In this document: piece by piece, positions 8,809-19,097 of the stretch
How the letters are laid out: each line of letters starts with the position of its first letter
Position numbering within the stretch: position 1 is the first letter of the stretch
From: a virus
Lineage: Duplodnaviria; Caudoviricetes
Strand: one strand, 5' to 3'
Virus record (IMG/VR): IMGVR_UViG_3300043178_000066
Span: 1 to 36,275 of that record
Length of the DNA: 36,275 nt
The notes under the pieces: generated by a model
What the model was told of the DNA's origin: nothing
The model's input: only the letters and a program-made list of their open reading frames with translations
Databases searched by the model: none
Position numbers and translations under genes: made by a program

Positions 8809-9439
8809 TCTGACCGCCTCAGGACTGTTCGATGCTCGGCAATTCAATGCCTGGTCCACCGAGCGCCGCGATGCCATCCGGTCGGCGCTCAAGCGCGGTA
8901 TGCAATCCGGTGGCCGCGAAGTACGCGACGCGGCACGCACACAGATGCGCGGTGCGTTCAACGTCAAGCGCAACAGCTTCGTCTCCTCGATGCAGGCCAA
9001 GGTGCTGGACAAGAAGACCGATCGCCTGCCGGCCTTGCTGGTGGGCAGCAAGATCCCCTGGCTGGGTTTGCACGAAAAAGGCGGCACGGTCTCCGGCAAT
9101 CTGCTGATCCCGCTGCTTCCTGGACGGATCGGGCCTAAGCGCTTCAAGGCAGTGGTCGATGGCTTGCTGCGATCAGGCAACGCGTTCTTCGTCGAGAAGA
9201 ACGGCAAGGTCATCTTGATGGCCGAGAACATCCGCGAGAACGCCTCCCAACTCACCCGCTTCAAGCGGGCCGAGCGCGCTCGCACTGGCGCCAAACAGAT
9301 CAAACGCGGCCAGGAGATTCCGATCGCCGTGCTGGTCAAGTCCGTCTCCCTCAAGCGGCGGCTGGACCTGACCGGCGCTGTCCAGCGGTCCCTGCCGCGT
9401 TTGGCAGGCGCAATTCAGAAAGAACTGGCGAAATCCTGA
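8798..9439 (+). CDS. Basic phage morphogenesis protein, DUF6441-like / possible tail completion protein (213 aa)
   Basis: GTG start overlapping the gpT end. K/R-rich, with a WLGLHEKGGT motif reminiscent of neck/tail-completion proteins. Confidence 0.55.
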   Translation: MKIDLTASGLFDARQFNAWSTERRDAIRSALKRGMQSGGREVRDAARTQMRGAFNVKRNSFVSSMQAKVLDKKTDRLPALLVGSKIPWLGLHEKGGTVSGNLLIPLLPGRIGPKRFKAVVDGLLRSGNAFFVEKNGKVILMAENIRENASQLTRFKRAERARTGAKQIKRGQEIPIAVLVKSVSLKRRLDLTGAVQRSLPRLAGAIQKELAKS

Positions 9440-12126
9440 TGGCAAACAACCGCGCACAACTGCTGATCACTGCCGTCGACCAGACCCGTGGCGCCTTCGA
9501 TTCCATCAAGCGCAATCTGGGTGACCTGGGCAACGCGGCGCGATCCATCAATGGATTGCTCGGCACGCTCGGCCTTGCCGTATCGGCGGCCGGTCTCGGC
9601 GCGATGGTCAAGGCCTCGCTCGACTCAGCGGACTCGCTGTCCAAGCTGTCGCAGCGGGTCGGGATCACTGTCGAGTCGCTTTCCACCCTGATCCCAGTCG
9701 CGGATCTCGCCGGCGTCTCGGGAGAAAAGTTCGAAGGTGGCTTGCGCAAGCTCGCCACCCGCATGCTGGATGCGGCCACCGGATCGGACGAGGCAGCGCG
9801 AGGATTCGCTGCGGTCGGCGTCTCCATTCAGAACCAGGACGGAACGTTGCGCGCGACGGATCAGGTCCTGCTCGACCTGACCGACCGCTTCAAGGCAATG
9901 CCCGATGGTGCCCAGAAGACCGCGCTCGCGGTGGATCTCTTCGGCAAATCGGGCGCCGACCTCATCCCGTTCCTCAACCAGGGGCGTGATGGCGTCGAGG
10001 CGCTGACGACGGAGTTGCAAGCCCTGGGCGTGCAGATTGGTGGCGACACCGCTGCACAGGCCGAGGTGTTCAACGACTCGCTCGCCAAGGTGCGACTGGC
10101 GATCACCAGCATCGGCAACCGAGTGATCGAAGCATTCCTGCCGGCCATGAACGACATGGCCAACGGGATGGTGGAGTCGGCGAAACAAGGTGGCTCGCTG
10201 CGCGCCATCCTGGACGGCGTGGTGCTGGTGCTCAAAACCCTGGCGCTGGGTGCCGCCACCGTAGGCAAGGCATTCGTGGCGCTGGGTGAAGCCATCGGGG
10301 CAGGCATGGCAGCCGCCGTCGAAGCATTGTCCGGCAATGTGTCCGGCGCGAAAGCCATCATCACGGAACTCAAGGGCAGCCTGGTCCAGCGGCTGGACGA
10401 ACTCGCCGATTTCCGGAACAGCCTGTTCGACCCGAAGCCGATCGAAGTGCGTGCGCCGGCAATCGTTGCCGATCCCACTCTGATCGATCGTCTGCGCACT
10501 CCAGGAAGGGCCTCCGGAGACAATGGGGCTGCCCGGTTGGCGTTGGCCAAGGCACTGGCCGATGCCGAACTGAAGTTGCTCAAAGATGCGCTGGATCGGC
10601 AATCACGCGACCTCGACGAGGCGCTCGACGGGCGGCTGATCTCGCTGGCGGACTACTACGCCGCCAAGAGCGCATTGGAAACCCGCGAGATCGATGCCGA
10701 GATCGCCCGCACGCGATCCTTGCTGGCGGAGCAGCAGCGTAGCGCCACATCGGGATCTGAGGAGGGCGCGCGACTCAAGGCCAAAGCCGAGGTAGCGAAG
10801 ATCGAGGCCGATCTCATCGTGCTCAACAACAAACGAGCCGATGTCGAAGTCGCGAACGCACGCAAGGCCGCCGATGCCGAGCGCGCGCTGGCCGATGCGC
10901 TGACCCAGGCCCGCGAGGAACTGGCGCAGATCACCGGGCAATCCAGTGCCGACGACCGTCGAGCCGCGATCGAACGCGGCTACCGCGATCTGAAGGCGCG
11001 TCTGTTGGCTGAGAGCGATGCCGACGGCGTGTCACTGATCGATCGGCTGATCGACGTGAAAGCGGCCCAAGCCAACCTCGCGGCGCTGGAAGTCGAGTGG
11101 CGGCTGGTAACCGAGCGACTGCGCAATGCGCAAGAAGCCATTCAGACGCAGCAGCAGGCGGGGCTATTGACTGAGGCCCAGGCCCGTCAGCAGATCGTCG
11201 CCCTGCAGCAGCAATCGGCCACCGAAATGGAGCGGCTCCTGCCGACCATGCAGCAGGCGGCCCAAGCCATCGGGCCCGACGCGGTCGTGCGGGTGCAGGC
11301 GTGGCGCAACGAGCTGGAACGCACCAAGCTGGTCGTCGATGAAATGGCGCCGCTGTGGAACCGCATCGGCGAAAGCTTTGGCGGTGCGCTCAACGGGATG
11401 ATCACCGGTGCGCAGACCTGGCGCAGCGCTCTCGCCAATATCTTCCAGCAAGTGGCCGACGCCTTCTTGCAGCAGATCGTGATTCAGCCCTTCCAACAGT
11501 GGATCGCGATGCAGGCACGGATGCTGGCACTCAAGCTGGGCTTCGTGCAGCAGGAACAGGCTGTGGACGCAGCGGCCAGCGCCACGACCGTCGCACAGAA
11601 ATCGGCGGAAACCACGGCCGTGGTCTCGATGGACGCCGCCAAAGCAGGCGCTGGTGCGGCTGCTTCACAAGCCTCCATCCCCTATGTGGGACCGGCGCTT
11701 GCGATAGCGGCGATGGTCGCCATGGTCGCGGCGGTGATGGGGCTGCTTGGCAATACGAAAAAGTTCGCCTCTGGTGGGTTGGTGACCGGCCCTGGCACTT
11801 CGACCTCGGACTCGATCCCGGCGCGTCTGTCCGCCGGCGAGTTCGTCATGAATGCCGCTGCGGTGAAACGAGTCGGAGTGGACTTCCTGCACTCCATCAA
11901 TGGTCTGTCGTCCGTGCCGCGCGTCACGGGTCATGCTCTGGCGTTCGCCGCCGGCGGGCTGGTACCGGAAGCACCGCCCCAGCAGGCACAAGGGCAAGCG
12001 GTGCGCATCGTCAACGTCATCGACCCGGCGATGGCCGCCGATTACCTCAACTCGTCCTCGGGCGAAAAAACCATTCTCAACATTCTGCAACGCAACGCGG
12101 GCGCGGTGCGACAGGTGCTGGGCTGA
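9439..12126 (+). CDS. Tape measure protein (895 aa)
   Basis: ITAVDQT N-terminus, long Ala/Leu/Gln-rich helical body, C-terminal FASGGLVTGPGTSTSDSIPARLSAGEFV motif. Confidence 0.93.
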   Translation: MANNRAQLLITAVDQTRGAFDSIKRNLGDLGNAARSINGLLGTLGLAVSAAGLGAMVKASLDSADSLSKLSQRVGITVESLSTLIPVADLAGVSGEKFEGGLRKLATRMLDAATGSDEAARGFAAVGVSIQNQDGTLRATDQVLLDLTDRFKAMPDGAQKTALAVDLFGKSGADLIPFLNQGRDGVEALTTELQALGVQIGGDTAAQAEVFNDSLAKVRLAITSIGNRVIEAFLPAMNDMANGMVESAKQGGSLRAILDGVVLVLKTLALGAATVGKAFVALGEAIGAGMAAAVEALSGNVSGAKAIITELKGSLVQRLDELADFRNSLFDPKPIEVRAPAIVADPTLIDRLRTPGRASGDNGAARLALAKALADAELKLLKDALDRQSRDLDEALDGRLISLADYYAAKSALETREIDAEIARTRSLLAEQQRSATSGSEEGARLKAKAEVAKIEADLIVLNNKRADVEVANARKAADAERALADALTQAREELAQITGQSSADDRRAAIERGYRDLKARLLAESDADGVSLIDRLIDVKAAQANLAALEVEWRLVTERLRNAQEAIQTQQQAGLLTEAQARQQIVALQQQSATEMERLLPTMQQAAQAIGPDAVVRVQAWRNELERTKLVVDEMAPLWNRIGESFGGALNGMITGAQTWRSALANIFQQVADAFLQQIVIQPFQQWIAMQARMLALKLGFVQQEQAVDAAASATTVAQKSAETTAVVSMDAAKAGAGAAASQASIPYVGPALAIAAMVAMVAAVMGLLGNTKKFASGGLVTGPGTSTSDSIPARLSAGEFVMNAAAVKRVGVDFLHSINGLSSVPRVTGHALAFAAGGLVPEAPPQQAQGQAVRIVNVIDPAMAADYLNSSSGEKTILNILQRNAGAVRQVLG

Positions 12127-12158
12127 CACAAACACCGGATCTACCAAGGACCACACGC

Positions 12159-12989
12159 ATGACTGCCTACGTCGGCTTCGTCGACAACACGACGATGCTC
12201 GCCCACCAGCAAATGCTCGAAACGATTCGCGACGTCTGCCTGGCCGAGGGTTGGACCATCCTCCGCTACGACACCGCGATCGCGAACCGTGAACTGCTGA
12301 TGATGGCACCCGGCCTGTCAGGTACCGAGCAGATTTTCTGTGGAGTCTACTGCTACCAGGACAGCAACGCGGACTACTACAACCTGGCGGTGGCAACCAT
12401 GAAAGGCTATGTCGCGGCCAACTCGTTCCTGACCCAGCCAGGCATTTCGCCGATGCTTGGTGTGCCTGCCCACAACCAGCGCATCGACTACTGGCTCTCC
12501 GTGAATGGTCAGCGGCTGAATGTGGCGATGAAGGTTGGCACACCCGTGTACGAATCCTTCGGCATCGGCAAGTTCTTCCCCTATGCGTCCCCGGGCCAAT
12601 ACCCCCAGCCGCTATTCGCGGCCGGCATGCTGACCAGCGCATCGGCCACGCGCTACTCCGAGACGACCCACACCATGCCGTGGAAAGGTAATCGCAACAA
12701 CCTGCGCATGCATTTCAACGACGGCACCTGGAAGGCGCCGCTCGCCACCCCCTGGGGCCAATCGACGATGTCCAATGCCTGCCGTCCGGCTGAGACTACT
12801 TACGCGCTCTACCCGGTGATGCTCTACGACTCCGGAAACATCTACGGCGCGCTTGACGGGATCTACCACATCACCGGCTTCGACAACGTCGTCGAGAACA
12901 CCCTCGTCATCGACGGCAAGAACTACGTCGTGATCCAGGACGTCGGCCGCACGTCGTTTGGCGACTACATCGCGCTGGAGCTCTCCTGA
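12159..12989 (+). CDS. Tail/baseplate virion protein, D3112/YuA-like (276 aa)
   Basis: Real start is ATG 12159 with AAGGA upstream; the 11355 extension overlaps the TMP. APGLSG...DYYNL and YGALDGIY...VENT motifs resemble the first post-TMP protein of D3112-type phages, from recall. Confidence 0.7.
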   Translation: MTAYVGFVDNTTMLAHQQMLETIRDVCLAEGWTILRYDTAIANRELLMMAPGLSGTEQIFCGVYCYQDSNADYYNLAVATMKGYVAANSFLTQPGISPMLGVPAHNQRIDYWLSVNGQRLNVAMKVGTPVYESFGIGKFFPYASPGQYPQPLFAAGMLTSASATRYSETTHTMPWKGNRNNLRMHFNDGTWKAPLATPWGQSTMSNACRPAETTYALYPVMLYDSGNIYGALDGIYHITGFDNVVENTLVIDGKNYVVIQDVGRTSFGDYIALELS

Positions 12990-13921
12990 TGCCTTACGTC
13001 ACCGGGCTGGCCAACAGCGCCAGCGATCTGCTCAATGCCGTGGTCACTGCCGGAACCGACAACGGCTGGACCTGGGACGCCAGCAACAGCATGCTCTACA
13101 AGGGCGACATCTACGGTCGCCTGACGGTCAGCGGCTTGAACCTTCTGGTGCAGGCCGCCCTTGGCTACTCCGGTGCCACACTGAACACGCCAGCCGCCAA
13201 ACTGGTCGGCATCACCAACCGGCTGGGGCAAGCGGGCAACACGCTGCTGAGCTATCCCGTGACCTACCACATCTTCGTGCATACGGCCCCGGACGACATC
13301 ATTGTGGCCGTCAACTACCAGGTGATGTGGTGGCAATGGCTGGCGATCGGCCAAGCCCGCGGCTTTGGCGTGCTCGGGAATGCCATCTGGCATTGGGGCA
13401 CCGCGACCTCCGACATCAGCACCAGCGCTGGCGTGGCGATCGACTCCAATGGCAGCACCGGCAGCGGTGGCGGCAACACCTCGGGCGCACCGTTCTGGCA
13501 ATCCAACGACACCACTGGTGTCCAGAACAGCTCGATCTACCTGAACTTCAACGGTCACGGCTGGTGGAACAACCCCGTGGGCGTCTCCACGGCGAATCCG
13601 AATAATGCCCGCGCCACCATTGCGGTTCCCACGCTGCTGCTGACCCAGCCGAACAACTGGAACGGAGAGGCCGTGCTGACGCGCATTCACATCATGGCGG
13701 CGCAGCCCTCCAGCTTCTGGTCGCATGTCGCGGAGCTTCCGCATCTGCGGATGACGCGCAACGACAACATCGACGATGGCCAGATCCTGACGCTCGGGTC
13801 CGAGCGCTGGTTCATCGCACCGGTGTATCGCAAGAACACCGCGAGCCGAGCCGCGTCGCCCTACAACGGCGCGACCCACTCCGGGACGATCGCGATGGCC
13901 GTCCGCTACGACGGCCCCTGA
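12989..13921 (+). CDS. Tail/baseplate virion protein, D3112/YuA-like (310 aa)
   Basis: TGATG coupling. MPYVTGLANSASDLL start, QPNNWNGEAVL, and HSGT...VRYDGP end. Beta-rich. Confidence 0.7.
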   Translation: MPYVTGLANSASDLLNAVVTAGTDNGWTWDASNSMLYKGDIYGRLTVSGLNLLVQAALGYSGATLNTPAAKLVGITNRLGQAGNTLLSYPVTYHIFVHTAPDDIIVAVNYQVMWWQWLAIGQARGFGVLGNAIWHWGTATSDISTSAGVAIDSNGSTGSGGGNTSGAPFWQSNDTTGVQNSSIYLNFNGHGWWNNPVGVSTANPNNARATIAVPTLLLTQPNNWNGEAVLTRIHIMAAQPSSFWSHVAELPHLRMTRNDNIDDGQILTLGSERWFIAPVYRKNTASRAASPYNGATHSGTIAMAVRYDGP

Positions 13922-13954
13922 TCCTCCACCTTCACCTCATTCGAGAGCTTTGAC

Positions 13955-15646
13955 ATGCCCGTCCTGACAGGCATGGTGCTCGAACGCGCCCAGGCAGGCT
14001 CTTTGAATCCTCTCCTGAGCGCCGACGGGTATCAGGTTGCCGCCATCTATCCGTACAGCGCCAGCGATACGCCACGTGCGGAGAAAGGAGCGCGTAGTTA
14101 CGCCAGCGACATTCCGGTTCCTGCGCAGCGGGCGCTGACCGGTATGCAGGTGCCGAGTTACTTCGAGGACTACTACTTCCGTGTTCACCTGCTGCCCGGA
14201 CGCATCAACCTCGGCAGCCTGGCCTCGGAGCAGAGCCGCACGATCGAGGTCTGGAATGCGAGGCTGACACCGAACAACCTGGCCTCGATCACCGCCACCG
14301 GTGCGGATGGCATGACGCTGACCGGTCCAGCGCCGGCGCCGACCGTGTTTGCCGCCAATGAATCGCGGCTCTATACGCTCGCGGTCACGCCGAATGGGCC
14401 GCCTACCGTGAACGCGACGTTCGCTTTCGCGTTTGCCCTCGACAGCTCCACCTTGCTGGCGACCGGACGTCGCATCGTCGGTTGGATCTTTGCGCCGAAC
14501 TGGGTACAGCCGGTTGTCGAGCGGTTGGAGTGGCTCACCGATGTGATGGAGTCTCATGCTGGGTTTGAGCAGCGCGTGCGTTTGCGCGCTGGGGCCAGGC
14601 GCAGCTTCGAGTACAGCGCCCTCGTTGGCTCGGACACCGAGCGCGTGAAGATGGAGAACCTGTTGCTGTCCTGGCAGGCACGGGTGTTCGGCTTGCCGCT
14701 TTGGACCGATGTCGCGCTTGCAGCAAACCCCGTTCCTGCCGGCGCGACGTCCATTTCCGTGACGACTGCGAATCGAGACTTTGCCGTCGGCGGCTTGGTG
14801 GGACTGGTTCTGGGAACGGAATCCGAGTTCGCCGAGATCACGGCGGTCCTGCCCACGTCGCTGACCATCAAGAGCCCGCTGGATTCGACCTGGCCGGTTG
14901 GCACCAAGATCCTGCCTGTCCAGCCTGCACGGGTGCAGAACGAACTCGGCCTGACCTACTTTAGCGATGCCATCGGCCGGGCCACAGTCCGCTTCCAACT
15001 CGAGGACGAGTGGTTGCTGCCCGCTGCCACCGAGACGTTGGATTACCGTGGCTACCCCGTCCTGCTCACCGCGACCAACTGGACCGAGGACGTCGATACC
15101 GACTACGCACGCAAACTCAACGAACTGGACTTCCTGACAGGCCGGCGTGCAACCGATGACCTGTCCGGCATTGGCACCGTGCGCCGGACGCATCGCTGGC
15201 TGATCAGCGGCCGCGCCGCGATCGCGTCGTTCCGGTCCTGGTTGGCCGCTCGCGCCGGCAGACTGACGGCGTTCTGGATGCCCAGTTTCCAGTCGGACCT
15301 GAAGGTAGTAAGCCCCATCGGCGCCTTCGACTCGGCCATTACCGTAGAGAACCGCGCCTACGCCGCCAACGTGCCGGCCGCCGTTGGGCGGCGCGACATC
15401 ATGATTGCTACAACATCCGGCTGCCGCTACTACCGGCGCATCACGGGTGCCACAGCTCTTACACCCAGCACTGAAAGCATCGCTATCGACAGCGTGGTGG
15501 GCGCGGCACTGCTGCCCGAGCAGATCCGCCATGTGTCGTTCATGAAGCTGGTGCGCCTGGACAGCGATGCCATCGAACTGGCTCACCACACTGATGATAT
15601 GGCGGAGGTGTCCATCTCCGTCAAAAGCGTTCGGGATGACACATGA
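13955..15646 (+). CDS. Distal-tail-like virion protein with Ig-like insert (563 aa)
   Basis: Motifs DYYFRVHL...VWNA, VVERLEWLTDV, EQRVRLR and GRLTAFWMPS. Size and position match the D3112-type module. Confidence 0.7.
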   Translation: MPVLTGMVLERAQAGSLNPLLSADGYQVAAIYPYSASDTPRAEKGARSYASDIPVPAQRALTGMQVPSYFEDYYFRVHLLPGRINLGSLASEQSRTIEVWNARLTPNNLASITATGADGMTLTGPAPAPTVFAANESRLYTLAVTPNGPPTVNATFAFAFALDSSTLLATGRRIVGWIFAPNWVQPVVERLEWLTDVMESHAGFEQRVRLRAGARRSFEYSALVGSDTERVKMENLLLSWQARVFGLPLWTDVALAANPVPAGATSISVTTANRDFAVGGLVGLVLGTESEFAEITAVLPTSLTIKSPLDSTWPVGTKILPVQPARVQNELGLTYFSDAIGRATVRFQLEDEWLLPAATETLDYRGYPVLLTATNWTEDVDTDYARKLNELDFLTGRRATDDLSGIGTVRRTHRWLISGRAAIASFRSWLAARAGRLTAFWMPSFQSDLKVVSPIGAFDSAITVENRAYAANVPAAVGRRDIMIATTSGCRYYRRITGATALTPSTESIAIDSVVGAALLPEQIRHVSFMKLVRLDSDAIELAHHTDDMAEVSISVKSVRDDT

Positions 15647-16452
15647 CCTACGCCAGCCGAGAAGCATCCACGGATGCCAGTAGTCCAGTGGAGTTGTACG
15701 AGTTTCGCCGAGGCGGTGAAACCTGGCGTTACACCAGCGCCGCGCAGGATGCCGCGTATGCGACCTTCACCTACAGCGCAGTGCCGATCAGTCGCGGCAG
15801 CATCGAACAGACCACTGAGATCGGTAAGGCGGGACTGCGCATCACCTTTGCGCGCGATGTCGAAGTTGCCCAAGGCTTCATTTCGACACCGCCGTCAGAG
15901 GTCACCTCGCTTACGCTGTACCGGCAACATCGCGGTGATGGCGAAACCGTCGCGGTGTGGATGGGTCGTGTGCTCAACGCAGAATGGCGTGAATCGGTCG
16001 TCGAGCTTAACTGCGAACCGGTTTACACCAGCCTGCAGCGCATCGGCCTGCGGCGGTTGTATCAACGCAACTGCCCACATGTGCTCTACGGAACGGCGTG
16101 CGGGGCAAGCGCGGTCGTGTTTCGGGTCGCTGGGACTGTCACCTCGATTGCCGGCACCTTGCTGAGTGTTCCGGCCGCTGCAGGGTATGCCGTCGGGCAC
16201 TTCGCGGGCGGCTACGCGACCTGGGCGGCCAACGGCATCACCGAAAAACGCATGATCGTCGGCCACAACGCCGATGCCATCACCTTGTCGGCCGTGCCGC
16301 CAGGACTCGCCATTGGCGATGCCATCTATCTGTACCCCGGCTGCGATCGCACCTTGAATGCCTGCCACGCGAAGTTCGGCAACAGCGCCAACTTCGGTGG
16401 CTTCCCATTCATCCCGACGAAGAACCCCTTCGGCGGCAGCCCGATTTACTGA
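15643..16452 (+). CDS. BR0599/DUF2163 family tail hub protein, gpL-like (269 aa)
   Basis: PVELYEF start, CPHVLY...C, and C-terminal PGCDRTLNACHAKFGNSANFGGFPFIP with conserved Cys. Confidence 0.88.
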   Translation: MTYASREASTDASSPVELYEFRRGGETWRYTSAAQDAAYATFTYSAVPISRGSIEQTTEIGKAGLRITFARDVEVAQGFISTPPSEVTSLTLYRQHRGDGETVAVWMGRVLNAEWRESVVELNCEPVYTSLQRIGLRRLYQRNCPHVLYGTACGASAVVFRVAGTVTSIAGTLLSVPAAAGYAVGHFAGGYATWAANGITEKRMIVGHNADAITLSAVPPGLAIGDAIYLYPGCDRTLNACHAKFGNSANFGGFPFIPTKNPFGGSPIY

Positions 16453-16475
16453 GACCAACTAGCCGAGGGATTCCC

Positions 16476-16706
16476 ATGTGGGCAGCCATTGCCGTTCTGA
16501 TCGTCAGCGTACTGATTCAGTACGCGCTGCAACCCAAGACACCCCAGCCACAAGCGGCTGAACTCAAGGACTTCGATGCGCCCACCGCCGATGAGGGCCG
16601 CCCTGTGCCGGTCGTGTTCGGCACCGTGCTGGTGAAGAGCGCCAACGTGGTGTGGTACGGCGATTTGCGCACCACACCGATCAAATCCAAAGGTGGAAAG
16701 AAATGA
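16476..16706 (+). CDS. Small tail-tip assembly protein (76 aa)
   Basis: GAGGGA RBS and ATG 16476. Hydrophobic N-terminus and PTADEGRPVPVVFGT...NVVWYGD motif. Confidence 0.8.
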   Translation: MWAAIAVLIVSVLIQYALQPKTPQPQAAELKDFDAPTADEGRPVPVVFGTVLVKSANVVWYGDLRTTPIKSKGGKK

Positions 16707-16921
16707 CCGACATTCTGGTGACCCATGGCGACATGCGTCGCCTGGGCTATTGCAATCGTGGCGCGCGGGAGTGGTTCGCGCGCCACCAGCTCGACTGGAG
16801 CCTGTTCATTGACCAAGGGTTGCCAGCGCCCATGTTGCTGGCAACCGGGGACAGCATGGCCGAGGACGTAGTCGCCGCCGCCCGAGAACGCATCGCCTCC
16901 GAGGTGAACGATGGGCGGTAG
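16703..16921 (+). CDS. Small tail assembly protein (72 aa)
   Basis: ATGA overlap at 16703. YCNRGAREWFARHQLDW..F...G motif typical of this tail module. Confidence 0.75.
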   Translation: MTDILVTHGDMRRLGYCNRGAREWFARHQLDWSLFIDQGLPAPMLLATGDSMAEDVVAAARERIASEVNDGR

Positions 16922-19097
16922 CAGCAAATCGCAGACGGTCGGCTACCGCTACTACCTGGGGATGCACCTCGCCATCTGCCACGGGCCGGTCGATGCCATC
17001 ACCGAGATTCAGGTCGGCGAGCGCCAGGCCTGGAGCGGCAATCTCACGGCCAGCGGTCGGATCACGGTCAACATGCCGGAGCTGTTCGGTGGCGAGAAGC
17101 GCGAAGGCGGTGTCTCCGGTGCCATCGATGCCGCGTTTGGCCAGGCGGCGCAGACACCGAATGATTACCTCGTCTCGAAGATCGGCTCCCCCCAACCTGC
17201 TTATCGCGGTGTGCTGAGCCTGATCCTGCGCCAGCTCTACATCGCCGCCAACAATCCCTACATCAAGCCGTGGGCCGTCCGCGTCAAACGCTGCTTCCGC
17301 GACTGGTACTCAGCAAAAGCGGAGATCAACGGCGCGGCCAACCCAGCGCACATCGTCTACGAATGCCTGACGAATGCCGCATGGGGCATGGGATATCCAA
17401 CGGCCAGCATCGACGACGCATCGTTTCGCGCGGCGGCTGATGTGCTGTCCAACGAAGGCTTCGGGCTCAACATGATCTGGCTGCAGCAGAGCAAGATCGA
17501 GCAGTTCATCAAGGAGATCATGGATCACATCGGCGGCGTGCTCACGACCTCACCGTCGACCGGGCGCTTCGTCCTGAAGCTGGTGCGCGCGGACTACACC
17601 GTCTCGACGCTCCGCGTCCTGAACCCGGATAACGTCATCGAGCTGGAGAGTTTTCAGCGGGCTGCGTGGGGTGAGACGACCAACGAGATCGTGCTCATCT
17701 ACACCAAGCCAGACACCTTCAAAGAGACCAGCATCGCGGTCCAGGATCTGGCCAACATCCAGGCGCAGGGCGCCGTGGTGTCCCAGACTCGCCGCTACCC
17801 CGGTATCACCTCGGACAACCTCGCTGCTCGGGTTGCCATGCGCGATCTGGCGGTTGTCTCCACGCCGCTTGCCAAGGTCCGCTTGAAGGTGAACCGCGCA
17901 GCCTGGAATCTCTATCCGGGTGATGTGTTCAAGCTGGAGTGGCCAGCGCTCGGGATCGTCGGCTTGGTGATGCGGATTGCAGGCGTCGATGGTGGCTCGC
18001 TCACCAACGGCGCCATCAGCATCGACGCGGTCGAGGATGTGTTCGGGCTGCCGTCAGCGGCCTACACCGCATCCCAGCCAACCGGCTGGACCGACCCGGT
18101 GCCCGAACCATCGGCCACGACACCCCGACGCCTGGTCGAAGCCCCGTACTGGGACGTCGCCCGCGCGCTGTCCGCAGCGGAGCTGGCCTATCTCGATGCC
18201 ACCGACTGCTTCCTGCAGACCCTGGGCGGGCGCCCGGCGCCTGGGGCCCTGAACTACGACCTGTACAGCAAGACGAGTTCGGCCTCGACCTACAACCAGC
18301 GTGGCCAGGGTGAGTTCTGCCCCACGGCGGTTCTCGCCAGCAGCCTCGCGCAGGAGGTGACGAGCACGACGACCTACAGCGGCGAACTCGATATCGATCT
18401 GGTCGCCACCGGGACCTATGCCTACATCAACGACGAAGTCGTCTTGGTCACCGCGATCAACACGACCACTCAAAGCCTGACGCTGACCCGTGGCGTTATG
18501 GATTCCGTGCCGGTCAGCCACGCAGTAGGCAGCCGGATCTGGTTTGCCGATGGCGCGCAAGGCGTCGACCCGACCGAATACGTTACTGGCGAAACGGTCA
18601 ATGCGCGTCTGCTGACGGTGACCGGCAAAGGCACGCTGGCGCTGGCATCGGCTCCCACCGATTCCCTGGCAATGAACCGCCGACAAAACCGGCCGTACCC
18701 ACCCGGCAACGTCAAGATCAACAACGTGGCCTACCCGACGGTCGCCAAAGGCGATCTGGTCATCTCCTGGGCCCACCGCGATCGGCTGAGCCAGACGGTG
18801 AGCCTGGTACCCCAGACCAACGGCAACATTGGTCCGGAGGCCGGCGTGACCTACACGCTGCGCATCTATGGGGAAGCGGGCAGCCTGCGTCGCACCTACA
18901 GCGGCCTGACCGGCACCAGCCAGACCTACAGCTTGGCGGATGACACCGCTGATTCCGGCCTTGGCCGACCCAACGCTGCGCTGCGCATCGAACTCGAAGC
19001 CAACCGCTCGGGCGTGATCAGCCTGCAGAAACACTCGATCGCCTTCGAGCGCTCGGGCTACGGACTTCACTACGACAAATACTACGGAGGCATCTGA
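16911..19097 (+). CDS. Tail tip / central tail protein, gpJ-like (728 aa)
   Basis: GAGGTG RBS. MGGSSKSQTVGYRYYLGMH start, PAYRG, NPAHIVYECLTN and RPYPPGNV. Confidence 0.88.
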   Translation: MGGSSKSQTVGYRYYLGMHLAICHGPVDAITEIQVGERQAWSGNLTASGRITVNMPELFGGEKREGGVSGAIDAAFGQAAQTPNDYLVSKIGSPQPAYRGVLSLILRQLYIAANNPYIKPWAVRVKRCFRDWYSAKAEINGAANPAHIVYECLTNAAWGMGYPTASIDDASFRAAADVLSNEGFGLNMIWLQQSKIEQFIKEIMDHIGGVLTTSPSTGRFVLKLVRADYTVSTLRVLNPDNVIELESFQRAAWGETTNEIVLIYTKPDTFKETSIAVQDLANIQAQGAVVSQTRRYPGITSDNLAARVAMRDLAVVSTPLAKVRLKVNRAAWNLYPGDVFKLEWPALGIVGLVMRIAGVDGGSLTNGAISIDAVEDVFGLPSAAYTASQPTGWTDPVPEPSATTPRRLVEAPYWDVARALSAAELAYLDATDCFLQTLGGRPAPGALNYDLYSKTSSASTYNQRGQGEFCPTAVLASSLAQEVTSTTTYSGELDIDLVATGTYAYINDEVVLVTAINTTTQSLTLTRGVMDSVPVSHAVGSRIWFADGAQGVDPTEYVTGETVNARLLTVTGKGTLALASAPTDSLAMNRRQNRPYPPGNVKINNVAYPTVAKGDLVISWAHRDRLSQTVSLVPQTNGNIGPEAGVTYTLRIYGEAGSLRRTYSGLTGTSQTYSLADDTADSGLGRPNAALRIELEANRSGVISLQKHSIAFERSGYGLHYDKYYGGI

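Noticed and set aside
11355-12158. 544-aa version of the post-TMP gene
   Set aside because: The upstream part overlaps the TMP in another frame and is Arg/Gly-rich nonsense. The real start is ATG 12159.
13937-15667. Long minus-strand ORFs (e.g. 13937-15667, 23471-25246, 2132-3274, 18054-19106, 34738-35736)
   Set aside because: They are antisense shadows of well-supported + strand genes in high-GC DNA, with no recognisable motifs or RBS.
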